Positions 1 through 8,954 of a DNA stretch of 27,336 nucleotides are shown in pieces. Below the pieces are notes generated by a model, which made no database searches, was not told where the DNA came from, and saw nothing but the letters and a program-made list of their open reading frames with translations. The number at the start of each line of letters is the position of its first letter. Within the stretch, counting starts at the first letter, position 1. Source of the DNA: a virus. Lineage: Duplodnaviria > Caudoviricetes. The stretch is from positions 1 through 27,336 of IMG/VR virus record IMGVR_UViG_3300037243_000222; one strand, 5' to 3'. Both the position numbers and the translations under genes were made by a program.

Positions 1-1149
1 AAGTTTTTCGCCAATGATGCGCGCCCCGGCGGCTACCTCAAAGCGCCAGGCTTTCTCAAGGAAGACAAAAAGAAAGCTGCGCTCATGTCGTGGATGGCCG
101 GCCACAGCCGCGGCCAGTCCAACAAGCCCGCGCTGCTCGATGGTGGCTGGAGCTGGGAAAAAATCGGCGTCCCGCCCGACGAAGCGCAATTCATCGAGAC
201 CCGCAAATTCAATCGCGAGCAACTCGCGGCCATCTTTGGCGTGCCGCCGCACTTTCTCGGGATCTCCGAAGAGTCCCGCGCCAACATGGAACAGCGCGCC
301 CTGGAATTTCTGGTCTTCGTACTGAAGCCCTGGCTCAACAAGTGGGAGCAGTCGGTCAACATCAAACTCTTTCCGCGCACCGGACGCAACGCTGGCCGTT
401 TCTATTGCCGCTTTAACACCACGAACTTCGAGCGCGCCACCTATGCCGATCTGCTGAAAGGCGTGCAGATGGGCCGCTACGCCGGTCTCTACACCATCGA
501 CGAAGGCCGCGCGCTTCTCGGCGAACAGCCGTATTCCGACAAACAGTTCAAGAGCAAGCGCCCCGGAGACAAGCTCTGGCAGCCGGTCAACATGGTCGTC
601 GTCACCGAAGAGACACTCAAAGGATCCGCGGCCAATGCGGAGAACGGCAACGACGGAGGCCAGGGCGGCGACGATCAGGACGGCGGCGACGGCGGATCGA
701 AACCGGCCAGCGGCACAACGCAAGGGGGAAAGCGCACCTCGGGACTCGCGGCTCAGGACTCCGAGCTAAAACACTATTTCCATCTCTTTGCTCCCACTTT
801 CCGCGACGCTTTAGGCCGCATTCTGGCCCGCAGCAAGCCCGATTCCAAGGACTTTGAGCGCTGTTTCTCGCCCACGCTGAGCGCGATCGCCGCCGCCTTC
901 GAATGCGATCCCGTCATGCCTGGCGACATGCGGCTCAGCGAAAAGAGCGTGCAGACAGTTCGCGACTACATCGGCGGCCTTGCGGTCCGCGTCAGTGAAG
1001 CGCACGTTGGCAAACTTGATTCTTCCACGCGGTCCGACGAGCTCGCCGCCACTGAGTTGCGCCGCGCCATCGAATTCCTGCGCGAGAAATGCCATCGCGA
1101 TCCGGATCCCGAAGAGGAAGAAGATCCCGAGGAGTTGCCCGTCGCATGA
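1..1149 (+). CDS. HK97-family portal protein, 5'-truncated, with Gly/Asp linker and extra C-terminal domain
   Basis: Frame open from base 1 (KFFANDARPGGYLK); motifs AQFIETRKFNREQLAAIFGVPPHFLG, NMEQ, LKPWL, PVNM. Confidence 0.93.
   Translation, partial: KFFANDARPGGYLKAPGFLKEDKKKAALMSWMAGHSRGQSNKPALLDGGWSWEKIGVPPDEAQFIETRKFNREQLAAIFGVPPHFLGISEESRANMEQRALEFLVFVLKPWLNKWEQSVNIKLFPRTGRNAGRFYCRFNTTNFERATYADLLKGVQMGRYAGLYTIDEGRALLGEQPYSDKQFKSKRPGDKLWQPVNMVVVTEETLKGSAANAENGNDGGQGGDDQDGGDGGSKPASGTTQGGKRTSGLAAQDSELKHYFHLFAPTFRDALGRILARSKPDSKDFERCFSPTLSAIAAAFECDPVMPGDMRLSEKSVQTVRDYIGGLAVRVSEAHVGKLDSSTRSDELAATELRRAIEFLREKCHRDPDPEEEEDPEELPVA
738..767 (-). repeat. Family C heptamer array (GAGTCSY type, reversed) in frame inside portal
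   Basis: ctcggga ctcgcgg ctcagga ctccgag ct, translated as SGLAAQDSE. Confidence 0.6.
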
Positions 1150-1421
1150 AAGTCATGATGCTCGACAGCAACGAAATCGTCGATCTCGATTCCATCGAAG
1201 CCGTGCGCCGCATCGACGCGCGCGTCGCCGTGGAGGCTCCCGTGCAATACATCGGCTCAATTCCAATCGCAACGGAAATTCTTCGCGACGCCGGCGCGCT
1301 GCATTTAGCCGATCCGGCACCCGAATCCGCCATGCTCGATCGCTCACGACAGACGGCCGTCAAACCGCGTCCGCAGCCACGCCCCGCGCCGAAGCAAGAG
1401 AAACGCCGCAAAAGGAGCTGA
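1146..1421 (+). CDS. Phage hypothetical protein (91 aa, basic C-terminus)
   Basis: ATGA overlap with portal stop; ends 5 nt before protease start. Confidence 0.7.
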   Translation: MKVMMLDSNEIVDLDSIEAVRRIDARVAVEAPVQYIGSIPIATEILRDAGALHLADPAPESAMLDRSRQTAVKPRPQPRPAPKQEKRRKRS

Positions 1422-1426
1422 TCTCT

Positions 1427-2236
1427 ATGAAACTGGAACGCCGCTTCACCAAAGGCGCCGACGTCCGCGCCAAAGGAACCGACGACAAACCCGCGATCGA
1501 AGGCTACGCGGCCGTCTTCAACGAAGACTACGTGCTGTATGAAGACAGCGGCTGCCGCTTCGTCGAAAGCATCAAGCCCGGCGCCTTCTCGCGCGTGCTC
1601 GAAGAAAAGCAGGACACGCGCTGCCTCTTCAACCACCAGCCTGACAACGTTCTCGGACGCACGACCAATAAAACGCTGCGCATGGTGCAGGATCGCCAGG
1701 GCCTGAGCTATGACAACGACCTCGACATCCGCACCAGCATCGCGCAAAACGTGCGCTGTTTCGTGCAGCGCGGCGACGTGACCGGCTGTAGCTTCGCCTT
1801 CCGTGTGAGCAAACAAAGCTGGCGCGAAGAAGAGCAGGACGGCGGGAAGATGACCGTCTACACCCGCGTGATCGAAGAAATCGGCGAGCTTTACGACGTC
1901 GGCCCCGTGACCTATCCCGCCTATGAGGGCACCAGCGTGGGCGCGCGTGGCGCGGGCGCCCTCGCCCGCGAGTTACGATCGGCGGCCTGGGCCGAAGGTA
2001 TCCCCGCGGAGATCCGGGAAAAAATCCGCGCCAAGATTCAAGCCCGCGCCGACGTGGTCACCGGCGGCGACATTCCCGATGGCAGCGACGGAGACGACGA
2101 CGAGCAACGCTGCAATTGCCGCTGCGATGCCTGCTCCGGATGCACCCAGCGCAGCGCGCATCCGCGAAGTGAAGTTGTCTCGCTCAATCTGGCCCGCGCC
2201 CGCGCGCTGACCATCAACGCCGAACTCGAACTTTAG
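1427..2236 (+). CDS. HK97-family prohead maturation protease
   Basis: IEGYAAVFN, FVESIKPGAF, LFNH, GCSFAF, DVGPVTYPAY; AAGGAG upstream of ATG 1427. Confidence 0.93.
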   Translation: MKLERRFTKGADVRAKGTDDKPAIEGYAAVFNEDYVLYEDSGCRFVESIKPGAFSRVLEEKQDTRCLFNHQPDNVLGRTTNKTLRMVQDRQGLSYDNDLDIRTSIAQNVRCFVQRGDVTGCSFAFRVSKQSWREEEQDGGKMTVYTRVIEEIGELYDVGPVTYPAYEGTSVGARGAGALARELRSAAWAEGIPAEIREKIRAKIQARADVVTGGDIPDGSDGDDDEQRCNCRCDACSGCTQRSAHPRSEVVSLNLARARALTINAELEL

Positions 2237-2259
2237 CTCGCAGCTCACAGCTCACAGCT
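2235..2259 (+). repeat. Family B-type heptamer array (AGCTCAC)
   Basis: agctcgc agctcac agctcac agct. Confidence 0.7.
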
Positions 2260-2295
2260 TTCCTAGAATCACAAATCACTTTTCAGGAGATTCTT

Positions 2296-2787
2296 ATGCA
2301 CCCTCTCGCACTCGCAGCTTTCGCAGTCCACTCTGGCGGCCTCGCCGCGTTCCTCGCGTTGGCCGTTCTCGCCGGCGTCACATTGACTTACACCGGAACC
2401 ACCTCCAGCCCCAAAGACGATCTGCTCGGCACCTTCGGGCCTTACGTCGATCAGGAACTGGCCGGGACACAGATCGTCTCGACGGCCGGACCGACCGCCA
2501 TCACCATCACTCACGGCAAAGTGATTGTCACCTACGCCGGCGTTGCGGCGATGACTCTCGCCACTCCAGTTGCCGGTTCGCCAGCCAATGGCGGCAATGA
2601 CGCTCAGGCGCTGAAAATTATCGACGCCAGCGGTCACGCTCACACCCTCACCGTGGCCAGCAATGTGATCAACGGCAACAAGCACGTTCTCACCTCTGCC
2701 GGCAACATCGGCGACGACGCCACAATCACCTCCTACAACGCGGTATATCTGTGCAGCCCCACTACGACCGCCTGGGCTCTCAGCTAG
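2296..2787 (+). CDS. Putative head decoration or minor capsid protein with hydrophobic N-terminus
   Basis: AGGAG RBS; lies between protease and capsid; Thr/Gly/Ala-rich, beta-like body. Confidence 0.55.
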   Translation: MHPLALAAFAVHSGGLAAFLALAVLAGVTLTYTGTTSSPKDDLLGTFGPYVDQELAGTQIVSTAGPTAITITHGKVIVTYAGVAAMTLATPVAGSPANGGNDAQALKIIDASGHAHTLTVASNVINGNKHVLTSAGNIGDDATITSYNAVYLCSPTTTAWALS

Positions 2788-2948
2788 ATATCACGAAATC
2801 ACGATTTTGTAATAAACGACTTCCGCCGCCGCGGCGCTCGCCCTTCAACCGGGGGCTGGGCCAGGAGCCAGGCGCGCTCGCGGCGGATGCGCACACCAGC
2901 CCGCAAGCCGCGGGCTCGGGGATGCGTGTTGCACCCATTCCAAATCTC

Positions 2949-3048
2949 CACCACAGAGACACAGAGGCGCAGAGACACCTTCCCAAATAAAAAGGGCTCG
3001 GGGAAGAGCAAAAAAGGTTTGGCTCTGCGCCTCTCTGCCTCTGTGGTG
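2949..3048. repeat. Family A inverted-repeat element (CACCACAGAG-NCACAGAG arms)
   Basis: Arms 2949-2974 and 3023-3048, 24/26 complementary, 48-nt spacer. Confidence 0.9.
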
Positions 3049-3065
3049 AAAAAGGACTCATTCTC

Positions 3066-4415
3066 ATGACGGACAAACAGCTCAAGCTGCAGGAAAAACG
3101 CGCAGCCCTCATCAAGGAAATGCGCGAGATCGGTGAAAGCGACAACTTCACCCTCGAATCGCAGAAGCGCCACGGCGAACTCCACACGCAACAGAAATTG
3201 CTGAAGACCCAAATTGAAGCCTGCGCCGCGCAGGAAGGCCTCGACGAAGAAATGCGGCAGATCACTCCTCCGCCGGCCCCGCAGCCTGGCTCCGGCAACG
3301 GCAACGGACTTACCTCAGATCTGCGCGAGAACGCGACCGAAAACGAGCGCCGCCTGGCCGAGATGCCTGAATCCATGCGCCGCGCCTTCACCATTGCCAG
3401 CAGCCGCGAGTATCGCGGAGAGTTCCTGCGCTGGGCACGCACCGGCCAGGTCTCCGCGAAGCTCGACGGCTTCCAGAGCGAACTCCGCGCCTATAGCGGT
3501 TTGAACGTCGGCACCGGCTCGCTGGGCGAATACACCATCCCTGTGGGCTTCCAGCGTGAGTTGGAAATCACCATGAAGGCTTACGGCGGAATGCGCCGCA
3601 ACGCCCGCATCGTGCCGACCAACACCGGCAACGCTCTGCACTGGCCGGTTACGGATGACACTGCGAACCAGGGCCGCTGGCTGGCGGAAGCAGCGGGCGT
3701 CGCGCAGACCAATCCGACGTTCTCGGAAGTGGTCTACAACGCCTACCTGGCCTCATCTGATCAGGTTCTGGTCAGCGTGCAGTTGCTCCAGGATTCTGCC
3801 TTCGATCTCGAAGCTCTGCTGGCGCAGTTGCTCGGCATACGTCTCGGCCGTCTGACTGAAGCCGGCTACACCACCGGCACTGGCACCACGCAGCCCACCG
3901 GCATCGTCACCGCCATCAACAACGATGCCAGCCCCAACACCGTCACCGCGGCGGGTTCCAGCGCCAACGATGGCACCGGCGCCACCGGGTCCAACTCCAT
4001 CGGTTCTGACGATTTCGAAAGCCTCATCTCGGCCGTCGATCCGTCGTACCGTGTAGGAGCGAAGTTCATGGCGCACTGGTCGATCCTCGACTACCTGCGC
4101 AAGGTGAAGGACAAGTACGGACGTCCGCTGTTCACCGATCCCACCACTGGCGAGCTCAAAAAGATCATGGGCTACGAGCTTGACTGGAACGCCGCCATGG
4201 CGCCGGCCGTCAACGGAGTTCCCGCTGCCGCCACCGACACCGTGATCTTCGGCAAGTTCGATAAGTACGTCATCCGCGACGTGCTCGGCATGACCATGGT
4301 TCGCTACAACGAAATGTACATGCCGAACCACCAGGTGGGCTTCCAGGCCTATCTCCGCACCGATGGCGAGCGCCTGCAAGCCAAAGCGTTCTCCATGCTC
4401 GTGCAGCACAGCTAA
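3066..4415 (+). CDS. HK97-family major capsid protein with N-terminal delta (scaffold) domain
   Basis: Coiled-coil N-terminus; YTIPVGF, VSVQLLQDSAFDLE, GTGTTQPTGI, KVKDKYGRPL, IFGKF, NHQVGFQAYLRTDG. Confidence 0.95.
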   Translation: MTDKQLKLQEKRAALIKEMREIGESDNFTLESQKRHGELHTQQKLLKTQIEACAAQEGLDEEMRQITPPPAPQPGSGNGNGLTSDLRENATENERRLAEMPESMRRAFTIASSREYRGEFLRWARTGQVSAKLDGFQSELRAYSGLNVGTGSLGEYTIPVGFQRELEITMKAYGGMRRNARIVPTNTGNALHWPVTDDTANQGRWLAEAAGVAQTNPTFSEVVYNAYLASSDQVLVSVQLLQDSAFDLEALLAQLLGIRLGRLTEAGYTTGTGTTQPTGIVTAINNDASPNTVTAAGSSANDGTGATGSNSIGSDDFESLISAVDPSYRVGAKFMAHWSILDYLRKVKDKYGRPLFTDPTTGELKKIMGYELDWNAAMAPAVNGVPAAATDTVIFGKFDKYVIRDVLGMTMVRYNEMYMPNHQVGFQAYLRTDGERLQAKAFSMLVQHS

Positions 4416-4421
4416 TTAGCT

Positions 4422-4477
4422 GCGAGTCCCGAGTCCTGAGTCGCGAGAGAAACCGCTCGCGGCTCGGGGCTCGCGCT
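4422..4477. repeat. Family C heptamer inverted arrays after the capsid gene
   Basis: gagtccc gagtcct gagtcgc gag ... gctcgcg gctcggg gctcgcg. Confidence 0.8.
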
Positions 4478-4482
4478 CAAAT

Positions 4483-4507
4483 TGTCATTCCGACAGCGCG
4501 TGCTTTT
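4483..4507 (+). repeat. Truncated family D REP-like element
   Basis: tgtcattccgacagcgcgtgctttt matches the 5' halves of copies at 5696 and 12428. Confidence 0.75.
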
Positions 4508-4509
4508 CC

Positions 4510-5685
4510 ATGTCGAGCATTCTCGAAATCTCGCTGCCCGCGGTTGAGCCGGTGGATCCCGTCGCCGAACTCACTCCGTTTCTCAAGCAGCCGGCCGGCA
4601 CGCCCGATGGCGTGCTCATCAAAACTCTCGGCATTGCCGCGCGTCGCCAGTTGGAAGACATGCTGGGGCTCACGCTGGCCAACCGCAACTTCTGCCAATA
4701 CGAAGATGGCTTCCCGTTTTTTCCCTACTTCCAGTCGCCCTATGCGCCGCTGTTCGGTGCCGCGTTCCCGTTTTACTTCGGCTACGGACCGATTGCCAGC
4801 TATCCCTACCCGGCGATCGGCGGCCTGCAAAACCAGATGGTCTCGCCCTTTGAGAAGCGTCTGCTGCGCACCCCCGTCACCGCGGTCGAGAAAATCATTT
4901 ACGTTGGCACCGACGGCAATCCGCATCAGATCACCGCCGGCGTCGATTTCGTAGTCGACTATTCTTCCCAGCCCGGCCGCCTCACGCCCCTGCCCGGCCA
5001 GCGCTGGCCCGTTGGCATCGTGGGCGTCAACACCGTGCAGATATTTTTTTCCGCCGGCTATCAGGCCACCTCGCAGCAATTCGTTATCGAGCCGGCCGTG
5101 TGGGAAGAAGAGCTTCAGGTTCCGCAATGCGCCTACATCATCGACGCCAACGACAACCTCTGGGTGCAGACCACCGCGGGCACGCAGACCACAGGCACCG
5201 CGCGGCCCGATTTCGAAGCCGCGGCCGTGGGGGCGACAATCTCCGGAGACGGAAGCTGCAACTGGAAGAATTACGGTCCATGCGTCGGCCCCTGGGTAGC
5301 GAACCAGGCGCTCCAGCAGCCGACGATCATTTTCGACGCCAACAACAATCTCCAACTGCTGAACGTCGCCGAACTCACCACCGCAGCGACGGCGCCAACC
5401 TGGGCAACCGCGCGCGGCGTCACCAGCAGCGACAACAGTATCTCCGGAGCCTGGCTCTGCCTTGGGCCGAATCAGCCAGGCGCGCAGAACCCGCCCAACG
5501 AGATCACCAGCTACACCGGCGATATCGGGATCCCGGAACAATTCAAGATCGGCATCATGATGCTGGCCGCGCACTGGTACTACAACCGTGAGCCAGTCAC
5601 CATGGGCAACGCCGGCAGCGTGCCCTTCGGTCTGGAAGCGATTATCCAAAGCAACCGCGTCATGGATTTCGGCCCGCTCTCATGA
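4510..5685 (+). CDS. Head-tail connector (HK97 gp6 / SPP1 gp15-like) with internal two-repeat insertion
   Basis: VEPV...AARRQLE N-terminus, PVTAVEKIIY...VQIFFSAGY, IPEQFKIGIMMLAAHWYYNREPV C-terminus. Confidence 0.85.
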   Translation: MSSILEISLPAVEPVDPVAELTPFLKQPAGTPDGVLIKTLGIAARRQLEDMLGLTLANRNFCQYEDGFPFFPYFQSPYAPLFGAAFPFYFGYGPIASYPYPAIGGLQNQMVSPFEKRLLRTPVTAVEKIIYVGTDGNPHQITAGVDFVVDYSSQPGRLTPLPGQRWPVGIVGVNTVQIFFSAGYQATSQQFVIEPAVWEEELQVPQCAYIIDANDNLWVQTTAGTQTTGTARPDFEAAAVGATISGDGSCNWKNYGPCVGPWVANQALQQPTIIFDANNNLQLLNVAELTTAATAPTWATARGVTSSDNSISGAWLCLGPNQPGAQNPPNEITSYTGDIGIPEQFKIGIMMLAAHWYYNREPVTMGNAGSVPFGLEAIIQSNRVMDFGPLS

Positions 5686-5695
5686 TCCCACGGCT

Positions 5696-5772
5696 TGTCA
5701 TTCCGACAGCGCGCGTTTTGCGGAGCCTGTCCTGAGCTGAGTCGAAGGGCTCGCGGAGGAATCTCAGTCGGA
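5696..5772 (+). repeat. Family D REP-like element with nested second REP-like insert (5722-5748)
   Basis: tgtcattccga...gaggaatctc; extra segment cctgtcctgagctgagtcgaagg absent from the 12428 copy. Confidence 0.8.
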
Positions 5773-5797
5773 ACAAACCTGGAGCGTCAGCATAATC

Positions 5798-6043
5798 ATG
5801 AAAAAAGATTTTGGAGCGCTGCCCGACGCCGAAAAGCATCCGCCGGCCACGGCCATCACGCCCGGAGCGATCGCGGACTCAGAAAAGAAAGTCCGCTTCC
5901 TGCGCATCACGGGCACGGCCGAGCAGATCGCCGAAGCGGAAGCCGAGCACCAGGCGCTCTGCCAGACGCAAAACGATCAGCTGCGCGCCATCGCGATGCA
6001 GCGCCAGTTTCAGCAGCTCACCCGCAATTCGCACGAACAGTAA
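5798..6043 (+). CDS. Hypothetical protein (81 aa)
   Basis: GGAG upstream; fills the gap between two repeat elements. Confidence 0.6.
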   Translation: MKKDFGALPDAEKHPPATAITPGAIADSEKKVRFLRITGTAEQIAEAEAEHQALCQTQNDQLRAIAMQRQFQQLTRNSHEQ

Positions 6044-6046
6044 CAA

Positions 6047-6146
6047 CAGCCGTCAGCACTCAGCCAAAACAAACCTCTGTCATTCCGAACGCGCGCGGAA
6101 GCGCGGGTGAGGAACCTGCTTTTTGTTTTTGCCGATAGCTGATAGC
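6047..6146. repeat. Family D REP-like element (6078-6124) nested between family B heptamer arms
   Basis: cagccgt cagcact cagcc ... tgtcattccgaacgcgcgcggaagcgcgggtgaggaacctgcttttt ... gccgata gctgata gc. Confidence 0.85.
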
Positions 6147-6169
6147 CCAACTCGAAAGGCTCACCCTTT

Positions 6170-6604
6170 ATGAACCGCAAACCATCGTTCCTCAAAAAGT
6201 CCGTATGCCTCGTCGCCGCGCTGCTCATGTTTGCCAGCACGGCCTTTGCCACCGGCCCAACCCCGCTCACCACGCAGGTGATGGTGCAAAACAATGGGAG
6301 CACCAGTTCGCTCACCACGACCTACACTGCTTGCGATGCCACAAACGGCAACTCCTTCGTCTCTACTGGACGGGAAATCGTCCAAGCCTTGAACAGTGGC
6401 GGCAGTACTTACACCTTCACTGTCAGCAGTGTGGCCGATGGCCAGGGACGCCTCGACACAGCGCTCACGAGTCAATCCGTCGCCGCTGGAGCGACCTCGA
6501 CGGTGCAAATGAAGTACCAGTCCGGCTGGCTGCAAAGCGGCGGCACGATCAATCTCACCTGCTCGAACGTCGCCATTAAGTTCGCAATCCTCCAGTACAA
6601 CTAA
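6170..6604 (+). CDS. Signal-peptide-bearing phage protein (144 aa)
   Basis: MNRKPSFLKKSVCLVAALLMFASTAFA|T: basic n-region, h-region, AFA cleavage motif. Confidence 0.8.
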   Translation: MNRKPSFLKKSVCLVAALLMFASTAFATGPTPLTTQVMVQNNGSTSSLTTTYTACDATNGNSFVSTGREIVQALNSGGSTYTFTVSSVADGQGRLDTALTSQSVAAGATSTVQMKYQSGWLQSGGTINLTCSNVAIKFAILQYN

Positions 6605-6991
6605 GTGCCCCTGCGCCGTCTCACTTCCGGTCTGCCGCGCCCTGGCATGTACGCCTCGCCAGGCCAGTTGAATAAACAGGCCACGTTCTGTAGCCAGGGA
6701 AACGCGCTGGCCGGCACGGCGGTGGGCAGCGCCATTTTCACGTCATGGATGGGAATGTGGGCACTCGCCGGAGATGAAGTCGATCGCGCGCAGCAGATCG
6801 CGCAAAAGTCATCGCACCTGGCCGTCATCCCTTACCAACTCGGGGTGCTGGACTCGATGACGATCCAATACCTCGATGGCGGAAAAACGCGCACCTTTCA
6901 GATCGAGCACATCGACGATCCTGACGAGATGAAGTGGCAGCTCAAGATCTACTGCTTCGAGATCAACCAGAACGCCGGCTCCGCGTCGTAA
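6605..6991 (+). CDS. Head closure / head-tail adaptor (SPP1 gp16 / HK97 gp7-like)
   Basis: PGQLNKQATF, FQIEHIDDPDE...LKIYCFE; synteny; start codon uncertain. Confidence 0.8.
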   Translation: MPLRRLTSGLPRPGMYASPGQLNKQATFCSQGNALAGTAVGSAIFTSWMGMWALAGDEVDRAQQIAQKSSHLAVIPYQLGVLDSMTIQYLDGGKTRTFQIEHIDDPDEMKWQLKIYCFEINQNAGSAS

Positions 6992-7003
6992 AGGAAATTT
7001 CTC

Positions 7004-7113
7004 CACCACAGAGGCACAGAGACACAGAGAAAACCTTGGAAGTGGAGAGGGCGTTCGGGGGAGGGCCTTTTCCGCGTTTCGTTTTTTCTCTGTGGCTCTG
7101 TGACTCTGTGGTG
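7004..7113. repeat. Family A inverted-repeat element
   Basis: Arms 7004-7029 and 7088-7113, 58-nt spacer. Confidence 0.9.
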
Positions 7114-7129
7114 AAAAAGGATTCCTACA

Positions 7130-8950
7130 ATGAAAAGATTCTTCGTACCCATCGGCCTGCTCGTCTTCTTCGCGCTGTGCCTGGTGCCCAGCGGCAACGC
7201 GCAGCAAGGCATCCAGGTCTCGTATGCCTCCGCTCCGGCGCAGCTCGCGCTGAGCTGGACCTTCACCGCCAGCTCGCCTTCCACCAACGCCTTCACCGTA
7301 AACGGGCTGCGCTACTTTCAATTGTTCTTCGTGCCGGCGGGCACAGTTTCGGCATGCGCCATCTCGCTTGATTCCTCCACCGGCTCCGGCTTCTCCACTG
7401 GCGGAATTCTTTCGTCAGCAACGATCGGTTCCTGCGCCTCGGCCACCATCTATGCCAACACCACCGCGACCACACCTACACTGATCGGGCAACTCACTCC
7501 CACCATCACCGGCACCGGCACCGTAACCGTGATCCTGCTCGGCTACGTAAACAATCCGGGCGCCGCGGGATCGAGCAGCGCTTCCATCATCAGCCCCGTC
7601 GACGGCTCCGGCTATGTGGAAGTGAATTGCAAAATGGGATGCTCGGGCGGCAACGCCAACGGCCAGGCCACTATGGCCGGCTCCGCGCCCGTGGTCCTCG
7701 CTTCGAATCAGAGCGCGGTGAGCACCACGGACGCTGCCGACGCTACCGCGGCGTCCGCAGTTCCGGCCAAGGGCTTCTATGCCATGGCCAATAACGCCGG
7801 CAACGCCATCGGCCTTACTACTGATTCTCTCGGTGATCTCCACATCGTGATCGAGAACGCGATCGCCGCCACCGGATCTACCGCGGCCACCAGTTCCTTG
7901 CTCGAAGGCGGCGTCTACAATTCTTCCGCGCCTTCGCCGTCAAGCGGCCAACAGGAGCCGCTGCAGCTCGACAGCAGCGCGAATCTGAAAGTAAATGTCG
8001 CCAACACTCCCTCCGTCGCGCAATCGGGTACGTGGAATGTCGGACAGACGGGCGGCCCGTGGACCATCAACTGGACGCAGGTTGCGAGTGTGGCTCTCGG
8101 CGCTCCCTCCGCCTATGGCACTTCGCCCGGCGCCGTGAATGTGCTGGGAGTGAATGCCTTCATCACCAACACTCCAGCGGTTTCGCAGAGTGGAACCTGG
8201 AACTCGCGCACTCAGGATGGAGCGGGCAACGCGCTGACCTCCAACTCCAGCACCTACACATCAAAATTCGCGCTCGATGTCAATCTGTTGGGCGCCGATG
8301 GCACAGCTTTCGGCGCTGCGGGCGTGGTCGACTCCAACGTCAAAAATGTTGGCGGCTCTGCAGTTGCCACCGCTGCCACCGGCGTGCAGAAAGTTGGAGC
8401 CGTAGGCAACGCCGGCGCGGCTCTCGACGCCGCTGCAGGAGCCAGCGCCGCGGCCAATTCCGTGCAAGCAGGCGCAGTTTATAACTCTTCGGCGCCATCG
8501 CCCTCTGCTGGCCAGCAGGAGCCGCTTCAGCTCGACGCCAATGCGAATCTGAAGGTCGATATCGTCGACGAGAACGGGTCTGCAATCGTTGTCGATCCCT
8601 GCCAGGCGAATGCAGGATCGCAGGCCACCATCAGTCTCACGGCCAGCGGCCAGGTCATCACCGGCACTTCCGGAAAACAGACTTACATTTGCGCGATCGA
8701 TATCGTCACGGCCACCGCGCAAAATATCGCCCTGGTCGAAGGCACCGGAACCACTTGCGGCAGCAGCACCGCGGGCATGGCGGGCGGATCCACCGCGGCC
8801 ACCGGCTGGAACTTCGGAGCCAACGGAGGCCTGGTCAAAGGTGTTGGCAGCAACTGGGTCTACAAAACTGCGACCACCGCCGATAACGTGTGCCTGTTGC
8901 TTTCGAGCACCGGTCAGACGTCCGGAGAGATTCGCTACGTCCAACAGTAG
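7130..8950 (+). CDS. Signal-peptide-bearing, fibre-like beta-repeat protein (606 aa)
   Basis: MKRFFVPIGLLVFFALCLVPSGNA|Q; Ala/Gly/Ser/Thr-rich; internal repeats GxVYNSSAPSPSxGQQEPLQLDxxANLKV and NTPxVxQSGTWN. Confidence 0.8.
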   Translation: MKRFFVPIGLLVFFALCLVPSGNAQQGIQVSYASAPAQLALSWTFTASSPSTNAFTVNGLRYFQLFFVPAGTVSACAISLDSSTGSGFSTGGILSSATIGSCASATIYANTTATTPTLIGQLTPTITGTGTVTVILLGYVNNPGAAGSSSASIISPVDGSGYVEVNCKMGCSGGNANGQATMAGSAPVVLASNQSAVSTTDAADATAASAVPAKGFYAMANNAGNAIGLTTDSLGDLHIVIENAIAATGSTAATSSLLEGGVYNSSAPSPSSGQQEPLQLDSSANLKVNVANTPSVAQSGTWNVGQTGGPWTINWTQVASVALGAPSAYGTSPGAVNVLGVNAFITNTPAVSQSGTWNSRTQDGAGNALTSNSSTYTSKFALDVNLLGADGTAFGAAGVVDSNVKNVGGSAVATAATGVQKVGAVGNAGAALDAAAGASAAANSVQAGAVYNSSAPSPSAGQQEPLQLDANANLKVDIVDENGSAIVVDPCQANAGSQATISLTASGQVITGTSGKQTYICAIDIVTATAQNIALVEGTGTTCGSSTAGMAGGSTAATGWNFGANGGLVKGVGSNWVYKTATTADNVCLLLSSTGQTSGEIRYVQQ

Positions 8951-8954
8951 GACC

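Noticed and set aside
980-1426. 5' extension of the 418-aa protease ORF, and likewise 8589-8954, 18511-18624 and 23721-23783
   Set aside because: These overlap better-supported genes or repeats; downstream ATGs have an RBS or coupling and family-typical N-termini
4477-5649. Long antisense ORFs such as 4477-5649, 14228-15046, 20701-21816 and 21907-22875
   Set aside because: Shadow frames of high-GC coding genes with no recognisable motifs
7907-8563. Internal duplication in the 606-aa gene as a DGR template/variable repeat pair
   Set aside because: Both copies are in frame in one gene, differences are mostly synonymous and not adenine-specific, and no reverse transcriptase is in the window
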